Shown here: piece by piece, positions 17,579 through 24,186 of the stretch | Layout of the letters: every line of letters starts with the position of its first letter | Numbering within the stretch: position 1 is the stretch's first letter | Assembly (NCBI GenBank): GCA_964591795.1 | Contig: CAZQEL010000004.1 | Span: 1-32,000, forward strand | DNA from: an uncultured archaeon | GTDB lineage: Archaea; Iainarchaeota; Iainarchaeia; Iainarchaeales; CSSED10-239 | Direction of reading: 5' to 3' | DNA length: 32,000 nucleotides | Notes under the pieces: model-generated | Told to the model about the DNA's origin: nothing | The model's input: only the letters and a program-made list of their open reading frames with translations | The model's database searches: none | Translations under genes and position numbers: made by a program

Positions 17579-17945
17579 TCATTACCTCAAACTTATAAAC
17601 AATTAATTCAAGTTTAGTATCATATTCAGTTAATTTTCCTGTAAAAACTAAGAATGCGTTATTTTGATATAATGTATATAATTTGTTTTTATTAAATTCA
17701 GAAGAATTAAAATATACTGCAGGCAGGCATTTAGATAAATCACATATTTTAAAAAATAAATTATTTTCAGAATCAGAAATAAACTTAATATTTCCAGATA
17801 CCGAAACTACGTGCCCAATATATTCAAAATTATCTTGAGTTAAAAATATATTTGTAGGTTGATATGTAAAAGTATAAATACCCAAAACTAAAAATCCTAC
17901 AACAATTAACAACACACTACTTAATTTTAATTGTTTTACATCCAT
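17568..17945 (-). CDS. Membrane-anchored small protein with beta-rich (possibly OB-like) ectodomain
   Basis: 125 aa with one N-terminal TM segment (SSVLLIVVGFLVLGIYTF). The remaining roughly 90 aa alternate hydrophobic and polar residues (GHVVSVSGNIKFISD...FLVFTGKLTEYDTKLELIVYKFEV). The fold call is a guess. Confidence 0.4.
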   Translation of the reverse strand: MDVKQLKLSSVLLIVVGFLVLGIYTFTYQPTNIFLTQDNFEYIGHVVSVSGNIKFISDSENNLFFKICDLSKCLPAVYFNSSEFNKNKLYTLYQNNAFLVFTGKLTEYDTKLELIVYKFEVMNAN

Positions 17946-17948
17946 AAA

Positions 17949-18446
17949 CTATTTTTCAATAATGATTTGTTTTACACTAATTGGTTTTTTATCAACAAAA
18001 CTTTTTGAAAGATTTAGTATGATAATTGAATTTAATTTTGGTTTTTTAAAACATTTTAATATATATTCTTTTTTTGTTTTGAAAAAAGGATCTGTTATTT
18101 TAACTGTAATTGTTGTAGCTAAACTTTTAATAACTACTCCAAAAGTTGTGTTAAATAAAACCTTATACAAATAAAGGTATAATATCACAGCACACATAAA
18201 GAACACTAAAAAATATATATGTGTAATATATTGTGCTAAAATAAACAAAAATAAAATACTAGTAAATCCAATACCCACATACTTATATTTTGCACGATTG
18301 TAAGTAAAAGCATCTAGTTCTTTTATAAAAAATAAGAAAGTAAGTAATAAAAATAATATTTTTAAAGTTAGCATATCAGGGACAAATAAGTTTAAAATAA
18401 CCGCTACTAAAAAAATTAATTCTAAGTAAATTAAATGTTTATTCAT
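17949..18446 (-). CDS. Membrane protein (3-4 TM helices) with small C-terminal soluble domain, unknown function
   Basis: ATG at 18446 (the ORF-track start at 18455 is TTG), 10 nt after the preceding pilin-like gene. C-terminal TTFGVVIKSLATTITVKITDPFF... looks like a small beta domain. Confidence 0.4.
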   Translation of the reverse strand: MNKHLIYLELIFLVAVILNLFVPDMLTLKILFLLLTFLFFIKELDAFTYNRAKYKYVGIGFTSILFLFILAQYITHIYFLVFFMCAVILYLYLYKVLFNTTFGVVIKSLATTITVKITDPFFKTKKEYILKCFKKPKLNSIIILNLSKSFVDKKPISVKQIIIEK

Positions 18447-18456
18447 AATTATCAAA

Positions 18457-18813
18457 TTAAATACATTTCAATAAAATAGACACATCTGTAAATTTAGTTT
18501 TATTTTCAAGTAAACTTTCAAGTCTACTATAATTATAATCTGTAGCTAACGGGCAAGTAGAATATGCAACTTTTTGGAAAGTAACAGTTACAATTAAGGT
18601 TGTTGCTGTAAGATTGTAAGTAATATTATTAATTGTAATTAAATCTTGATTTGTAGTAATAAAATTTAAAGACTGGTTTTTAGTTTCATAAATCGCATAA
18701 TTTACATCAAACGTAGCGGTTAAAAATAAAGTTACAGCTGCAGCAAGAAGTATTAAAACCATAACAATAGTTAAAAATTCTAAACTAGTTTGTCCATTAT
18801 GGTCTTGAAACAT
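18457..18813 (-). CDS. Class III signal-peptide (type IV pilin-like) protein, minor-pilin candidate
   Basis: MFQDHNG|QTSLEFLTIVMVLILLAAAV has the G|Q-x-S-L-E-F motif plus a hydrophobic helix. The pre-cleavage segment is unusually short and lacks Lys/Arg. 17-nt overlap with the upstream gene. Confidence 0.6.
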   Translation of the reverse strand: MFQDHNGQTSLEFLTIVMVLILLAAAVTLFLTATFDVNYAIYETKNQSLNFITTNQDLITINNITYNLTATTLIVTVTFQKVAYSTCPLATDYNYSRLESLLENKTKFTDVSILLKCI

Positions 18814-19273
18814 CTAAATCCCCTGTATTAGATTTTATGATTTGTAAATATCCATTAAATCCAGGTCCTATTGCTTCACAGGTTATATCTGCATCTGAAA
18901 CAAATAATGGTAAATTAAAAGTACATAAGTTAGTATTACGATCACACGCAGAAATATTTGGTTTAGGTTCTTGATTTGAAATTAAAATTGTATATTTTAA
19001 TTTTTTAGTAATATTATCACACTCAACTATTTGTGCAGTATCTGGTAAATATAAGTAAATTGTTCTAGCTCCGTATCCAGGAGTACTTGCAAAGGTTGAA
19101 ACATCATTAACAAATTTATCCATACTTTGCTTTGTCTGAGTAATTCCATAAACATCTTTAAGCACATTTTCTGAAAAATTAATATTTGGATATACTATGG
19201 CTTGAAAAAATAATAATAATATAGCTAAAAATAAAATATATTCAATTGCAATTTGTCCTTTAATATTTATCAT
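18797..19273 (-). CDS. Class III signal-peptide (type IV pilin-like) protein with 4 Cys
   Basis: MINIKG|QIAIEYILFLAILLLFF. 158 aa. Cys residues in VECDN, ISACDRNTNLCTF and ITCEA. Confidence 0.65.
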   Translation of the reverse strand: MINIKGQIAIEYILFLAILLLFFQAIVYPNINFSENVLKDVYGITQTKQSMDKFVNDVSTFASTPGYGARTIYLYLPDTAQIVECDNITKKLKYTILISNQEPKPNISACDRNTNLCTFNLPLFVSDADITCEAIGPGFNGYLQIIKSNTGDLDVSRP

Positions 19274-19289
19274 TTAATCACATCTTTAT

Positions 19290-20411
19290 TTAAAATAACA
19301 ACCATATAAAATCCCCTAAAATATTTAAAAGGATATATGCACACAAAACAGAAGGTGTAAATGGAATTGTCTTTTTTAAAATGATTTCTGTTTCTAAATT
19401 ATGGTTGTAAGAACTCTTTAAAAAGGTTATGTCTTTTAAAGAAAGTCCTCCAATTTTCCTAGAATCCACTATGAGATTAGTGTGATAGGTATTATTTATT
19501 ATCATTTTTAGATAGGTTATAAAAGAAATTTTTTTAACAACTAATTTAGAATTAACTAAATAATAACAATTTACAGGAACATCTCCGTCTTTTAATTGAG
19601 CTAATGTTTTGGTGGTAGCTAAAATTTTAGTAGATATAATTTGATACATAGTAATTGCTAAAAACAAAATAATAATTGTTAACAATATAGAAATAAAATC
19701 TTTTAAATAAAATATTTGAGCAGTAACAAAGAATGAAATTATTAATAAAAACACATAAAACAAACTTATTAAATAGTAATAATATCTCAAACTATATTTT
19801 TCAACTTGTTTAAAAAATAATATAAATAAAATGGATAATATGAAATACAATACCAGTGGTACGTTTAAAGAAAAAATATTAAAGAAAGAACTTATTAAAT
19901 ATAAAACCAAAATAGAACTAATTAACGATAAAATAGTATTTTTGGTTTTTAATAAATTCCATAAAATAAGATAATGCTTTTTAAATATAAACAAATAAAA
20001 AGAATTAATTAATAAAACTGGAGCAGTTGCTAAAACACTTACAAGGATTAATGTGATTCCAAATATTGGTGCCTTAATAGTTCCAAAAGTAAATATCCAG
20101 TTTATAAAATTAATATTTACTGGATTTAACATAGATATTGCAGCAAATAATTTTAAGTCGCCACCAGCAAAAAAACCTACTTCCCAAAATATATAAGAAA
20201 CTACCAAAGTAATTACAAAACCTAACAAAGCATTTAAAAAAATACTACTCTGATGTAAGATGATTGCTTCTAAAACTTTAGTAATTAAACCAATTATAAA
20301 TAATAAAAGAACTAATTTATTTGGAATAATTCTTTTTTTAATATCAAAAAAACTAGCAAAAATTAAAAATAAGATTGTTATTAAAAATATAAAAAGAGTA
20401 AAATTAAACAT
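19290..20411 (-). CDS. Archaeal A24-family prepilin/preflagellin peptidase, enlarged (EppA/FlaK-like)
   Basis: First catalytic Asp in FFDIKKRIIPN and second in FAGGDLKLF (GxGD-type). The family C-terminal motif TIPFTPSV lies about 260 aa further on, after extra TM helices and a soluble segment of about 85 aa. Confidence 0.8.
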   Translation of the reverse strand: MFNFTLFIFLITILFLIFASFFDIKKRIIPNKLVLLLFIIGLITKVLEAIILHQSSIFLNALLGFVITLVVSYIFWEVGFFAGGDLKLFAAISMLNPVNINFINWIFTFGTIKAPIFGITLILVSVLATAPVLLINSFYLFIFKKHYLILWNLLKTKNTILSLISSILVLYLISSFFNIFSLNVPLVLYFILSILFILFFKQVEKYSLRYYYYLISLFYVFLLIISFFVTAQIFYLKDFISILLTIIILFLAITMYQIISTKILATTKTLAQLKDGDVPVNCYYLVNSKLVVKKISFITYLKMIINNTYHTNLIVDSRKIGGLSLKDITFLKSSYNHNLETEIILKKTIPFTPSVLCAYILLNILGDFIWLLF

Positions 20412-20436
20412 ATATTTTCCAGAAAAACTTATTTAA

Positions 20437-20628
20437 CTATAAAGAAGCCAAGATATTATCTCTATAGGTTAATATTTTAGATTTAGCAACTGTAATAAAA
20501 CTATTCAAATTTAAAATTACAATACCAGTTGTGATTACAAGAATCATACCAAAAACAATCATTACTAAATATTCAACAGACACTTGACCTTTTTGATCAA
20601 CAATAATTGATTGTATTTTAGATATCAT
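20437..20628 (-). CDS. Very short class III signal-peptide pilin (Flp-sized; mature about 49 aa)
   Basis: MISKIQSIIVDQKG|QVSVEYLVMIVFGMILVITTGIVIL, then a 20-aa tail. Confidence 0.65.
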   Translation of the reverse strand: MISKIQSIIVDQKGQVSVEYLVMIVFGMILVITTGIVILNLNSFITVAKSKILTYRDNILASL

Positions 20629-20652
20629 AAATAATCTTATATTTTAACAAAC

Positions 20653-21108
20653 TTATCTAGCAACACAAGAAGATGCTGGTTGAGATAATTTAGAATAATT
20701 ACTATTTTTTACAAAGGCAACTGAGACTGCGTATGTTTGCCCAACTGTAGTTACCCCTAATGCGGAAGCTGATTGAGTAATAATACCTCCAACTGCAGGT
20801 AATTCAGTAAGGTTTGGAGTTCCAGAATCAACAGCGATTCTATAATAAGCATTATGTTCAGATTCAATTAAATGAATAGTCACCAAATCATTTCCAACAT
20901 CACAATCAACTGAAACTACAATGGGTGGCACTAATGCATTATCTAATAAATTGGTTAAAGTTTTATCTTGATCAAGTGCAACTTTTCTATTTGAACTACC
21001 CATACTAGTAATTAGTACAACTACAGAAATTGCAATTATAATTGCAGCTCCAATTAATAAAAGGTACTCCATAGCACCTTGCCCTTTAATCTTTTTTAAA
21101 TTAATCAT
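20653..21108 (-). CDS. Class III signal-peptide pilin, paralog of the 21203-21748 gene
   Basis: MINLKKIKG|QGAMEYLLLIGAAIIIAISVVVLITSMGSSNR. ATG at 21108 (the ORF-track start at 21117 is TTG). Beta-rich C-terminal domain with two Cys (VDCDVG, SSCVAR). Confidence 0.75.
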   Translation of the reverse strand: MINLKKIKGQGAMEYLLLIGAAIIIAISVVVLITSMGSSNRKVALDQDKTLTNLLDNALVPPIVVSVDCDVGNDLVTIHLIESEHNAYYRIAVDSGTPNLTELPAVGGIITQSASALGVTTVGQTYAVSVAFVKNSNYSKLSQPASSCVAR

Positions 21109-21117
21109 AAATATCAA

Positions 21118-21191
21118 TTATAATTTTTTATAAATAAAAATAAAAATAAAAAAATATAATTTAAAATATAGCCGTTAAGCTATATTTTAAA
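21118..21191 (-). terminator. Hairpin plus T-rich tract just downstream of the 181-aa pilin gene
   Basis: Perfect 13-bp inverted repeat tttaaaatatagc / gctatattttaaa (21160-21172 and 21179-21191) with a 6-nt loop, 11 nt after the stop. On the minus strand it is followed by ttatatttttttatttttattttt. Confidence 0.45.
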
Positions 21192-21202
21192 ATACATTAA
21201 AC

Positions 21203-21748
21203 TTATTGTGCTGTCCAACCGTATCTATAACCTTGTGATCTTACAGTTTGGTTGTTCTTTGTTGTTTCAATGTAAAGGTAGTAAGAATCTCCACATTTAT
21301 TTGTAGTAGTATTTTGAGCAATATCAGGAATACTAATTATAAGTCCAGTTACTTCGTTTGGATTTAAATCATCAGTAGGTATAGATGTTACACCATCTGC
21401 TGCAAATATAGTAACCCCTGTAAATTCTTTATTACTTGAATCGTAAACCTTTAATGCGTTACTTCCACCGTCACCAAGAGGTCTCCATGCTAATGTTAAT
21501 TGACCTACCATAGTACCTGCAAGTGCATCATCGTTACAATCAGAATATCTTGCAACAACAGAAACAATTTGTGCTGGTTGAGGAACATCTAATGCTTGTC
21601 CTGCTTTGTCAGCTTGTGCTGCAGCAGAATCTCTTGATTGTCCACCCATACCTACAAGTAATGCAATTACAATAACAGCAATTAATACAGCACCACCGAT
21701 TAAAAGAAGATACTCAAGAGCACCTTGTCCTTTAAATTTTTTATTCAT
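21203..21748 (-). CDS. Class III signal-peptide pilin, candidate abundantly expressed structural subunit
   Basis: MNKKFKG|QGALEYLLLIGGAVLIAVIVIALLVGMGGQSR. 181 aa with its own 146-nt upstream region, GGTG 8 nt before the ATG and a downstream hairpin. Clearly higher G+C and C-ending Tyr/Asn codons than its neighbours. Confidence 0.8.
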   Translation of the reverse strand: MNKKFKGQGALEYLLLIGGAVLIAVIVIALLVGMGGQSRDSAAAQADKAGQALDVPQPAQIVSVVARYSDCNDDALAGTMVGQLTLAWRPLGDGGSNALKVYDSSNKEFTGVTIFAADGVTSIPTDDLNPNEVTGLIISIPDIAQNTTTNKCGDSYYLYIETTKNNQTVRSQGYRYGWTAQ

Positions 21749-21894
21749 TTTTTAAACACCTTTTATATTTTTTTAATACACTTTAAGTGTACAACTAATA
21801 TTTTTTTAAAAAGTATTAGTCTTATAATAAATTTAATTAAATATAAGAACAATCTGTTTATATATCTATCTTTTCTATTTATCAAACCACACTA
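21749..21894 (-). promoter_or_regulatory. Upstream region of the 181-aa pilin gene (AT boxes, small inverted repeat, SD)
   Basis: One of the largest non-coding gaps inside the locus. On the minus strand it has TTTTTAAAAAAATATT-type TATA-like boxes, tacac-N5-gtgta (21777-21791) and GGTG (21757-21760). No TSS can be called from sequence. Confidence 0.3.
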
Positions 21895-22074
21895 TTAACC
21901 TGACTCAAAAGCTTTCTGATAATCATTGGCTTTTTGAACGTTTTTAGCAGAGGCTTGTTTTAGAAAAATACCTACCGTTAATGCAACTAAAATTACAACT
22001 CCTAAAATTATTATAAATTCTAAAGAAATTTGCCCTTTATTTTCAATTAATAATCTTTTTATTTTTGAGTTCAT
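21895..22074 (-). CDS. Very short class III signal-peptide pilin (Flp-sized; mature about 45 aa)
   Basis: MNSKIKRLLIENKG|QISLEFIIILGVVILVALTVGIFL, then a 21-aa tail. ATG at 22074 lies 1 nt after the upstream stop. The alternative ATG at 22092 would overlap the upstream gene by 17 nt. Confidence 0.65.
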   Translation of the reverse strand: MNSKIKRLLIENKGQISLEFIIILGVVILVALTVGIFLKQASAKNVQKANDYQKAFESG

Positions 22075-22075
22075 T

Positions 22076-22978
22076 TTAAACCATTCCTGCAAGCATTAAA
22101 TTTAGTACAAATTGAGATATAAAGTAAACTATATAACCAATAGTTATTAAAACAGGGAAAAATAAAACAACGAAACTTAAGTCTCCTTCCCTCATAACAC
22201 TAATCATTGCAGATGCTGCAAATATTTCTAATACAATATAAATATCTAAAAGTAAGAATATTGTTCTTTGAGCTTTTAATGAAACTGCTAAAGATTCTGC
22301 AGCTGCAATACCCGAATTAATTGCAATATCTGTTAAAAAACCAGTTATTACTCTGGTCATTCCAAAAATAAAAGGAGCAACTATTGCTGATGCTGCAACA
22401 ATAAAAATTGTTTGAAGCATAGTTTTTGTTAATCTTTCTTTTTTAACCCTAAATAATTGTTTAGTGTCATTTGCAATTTCATCTAAAACATCTGCTAACT
22501 GAGCACCTGTTCTTATTGATTCTTGAATTAAAGTAATAGTTCTTCTTACAATTTTAGACTCTATTCTTAAAGAAAGATAACTTAGGGCTACATGCATAGT
22601 ATCTCCCATTTCAAGTCTTCTTATTGCTTCGTTAATTTCAAATGATAGTGGTCCAAAATCAGCAGTTGACACTTCTCTCAGTGCAAATTCAAATGATGAC
22701 CCTGCCTTCATTGTGTCTGCAATTAACTTTAATGAATCTGGCCAATATCTTTCTATATTTCTTATTTTTTTATAATAAATATACATAGGCATACCAAGAC
22801 CTAAAACTAATGCATTTACGAAAAATAAAATACCGATTTTTAAATCTATAAACTGTCCTATAAAACCTAAGGCTAGACTCGCAAAAAATATTAATAATAT
22901 CCATGCTCTTGCAGGGATTTTAATTTTTAACGCAAGTAAAAAAACTTGGTATCTATCTAATCTGGTTGATTTCAACAT
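22076..22978 (-). CDS. Type IV filament platform protein, single T2SF domain (TadC/EpdK-like)
   Basis: 300 aa. WPDSLKLIADTMKAGSSFEFALREV...EINEAIRRLEMGDTMHVAL...IRTGAQLADVLDEIA follows the T2SS-F domain pattern, flanked by TM helices. Confidence 0.75.
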   Translation of the reverse strand: MLKSTRLDRYQVFLLALKIKIPARAWILLIFFASLALGFIGQFIDLKIGILFFVNALVLGLGMPMYIYYKKIRNIERYWPDSLKLIADTMKAGSSFEFALREVSTADFGPLSFEINEAIRRLEMGDTMHVALSYLSLRIESKIVRRTITLIQESIRTGAQLADVLDEIANDTKQLFRVKKERLTKTMLQTIFIVAASAIVAPFIFGMTRVITGFLTDIAINSGIAAAESLAVSLKAQRTIFLLLDIYIVLEIFAASAMISVMREGDLSFVVLFFPVLITIGYIVYFISQFVLNLMLAGMV

Positions 22979-22981
22979 AAA

Positions 22982-24127
22982 TCACATTTTTGGTTCTATC
23001 ATTTTAATATAGTAAATTAAGAAAATAAATATTATTGGCAACGCAACTACAAAAATTATTGTTAAAGTTCCAGGAGTCATAACACCTGGAAGGAAAAGCG
23101 AACCGTCTTGTCCTAATGGAGCATTTGCAATTGCACCTAAAATGGCTGCAAAAACAGGCAAGACAATTGCCATGAAAATGAAAATAATTCCAAAAAAATT
23201 CATTTTTTCTCCGAAAGTTTTAGCTGATTCTAAAAGATCGAAAGCCACTGTATCTGCAACACCATTAATTGTATTAGCAAGATTACCACCTGTATTTAAA
23301 GTTCTAACAATGTGGAATAATGCAATATTATAATTTTTAGATTGACTTCTTAATGCAGCATGTCTTAAAGCTGTTTTAGTATCAGTTCCATTTTCAATTT
23401 CTAAAATAGTTCTATTCATTTCTTCTGATAATACACCATAATCGTTTGCAGCAACAGATTGTAATACTTTATAAAGTCCGATTCCTGCTTGTAATTCAGT
23501 TGCAATATGTCTTAGTGCAAATGGAAGTTCAATGTCAATATACACTCCACGAGATTTTGACTTTTGCATAGGTGCCACATAGGAAAATAAAAGTAAAAAT
23601 ATTAAAAATAAAATTGGAAATATAAAAACTAAGGATACTGCCCAAACAGGGTTAACTGAAATAAATATAAATAATAGTAAGAAAGTTAAAAAAGCAGTTG
23701 CCATTAATGAAAAAATAGTAGAAATTACTAAATGTTGAATTAATGATCGTTTATAATTTGCAGAAGTTAAATAAAATGAAATTTTTTTCCCAATTGGATT
23801 TTTTAAAATATACAAAACAACTTTATCAATAAGTCCTTTAAATGGTTTATAATATTTAGCAGCACTTTTTTCTAAAGTACCACCTACATTTGAAGTTAAT
23901 TTAGTTTCAGGATCTACATCTAACTGAGATAAACGACCTTGAGAAATTACATCTCTAAGTTCTTTTAAGTGACCTTCAGCTAAAGATGAGGCATCAATAT
24001 TTTCACCTTTCTTTTTCATCTTTGTAATTATATTCTGAACAGCATCAAGATCTATATCTAACTCTTTATCTTTTGGTTTAGATTGTTCCAAATCTTTTTT
24101 TAAAAGACCTAACTTTTTTGAATCCAT
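22982..24127 (-). CDS. Type IV filament platform protein, single T2SF domain (TadB/EpdJ-like) with N-terminal cytoplasmic extension
   Basis: 381 aa. LPFALRHIATELQAGIGLYKVLQSVA...ILEIENGTDTKTAL...LNTGGNLANTINGVA follows the T2SS-F pattern. 3-nt gap to the next platform gene. Confidence 0.75.
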   Translation of the reverse strand: MDSKKLGLLKKDLEQSKPKDKELDIDLDAVQNIITKMKKKGENIDASSLAEGHLKELRDVISQGRLSQLDVDPETKLTSNVGGTLEKSAAKYYKPFKGLIDKVVLYILKNPIGKKISFYLTSANYKRSLIQHLVISTIFSLMATAFLTFLLLFIFISVNPVWAVSLVFIFPILFLIFLLLFSYVAPMQKSKSRGVYIDIELPFALRHIATELQAGIGLYKVLQSVAANDYGVLSEEMNRTILEIENGTDTKTALRHAALRSQSKNYNIALFHIVRTLNTGGNLANTINGVADTVAFDLLESAKTFGEKMNFFGIIFIFMAIVLPVFAAILGAIANAPLGQDGSLFLPGVMTPGTLTIIFVVALPIIFIFLIYYIKMIEPKM

Positions 24128-24186
24128 ATTTAACTTTTATTTATTTATTTACTGTTATTATATGTGCCTAAAGTATATTTAAATAT

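Noticed and set aside
16394-17945. Split ComEC-like DNA-uptake channel (TM + OB-like protein followed by a polytopic membrane protein, downstream of a type IV pilus)
   Set aside because: This is attractive by analogy, but the 394-aa protein lacks the ComEC competence-domain signature I would expect (the xxHLLAISGLHxG-type motif), and no metallo-beta-lactamase domain is nearby. Its N-terminus looks more TctA/DUF112-like. I kept it only as a generic capture-and-import hypothesis in the findings.
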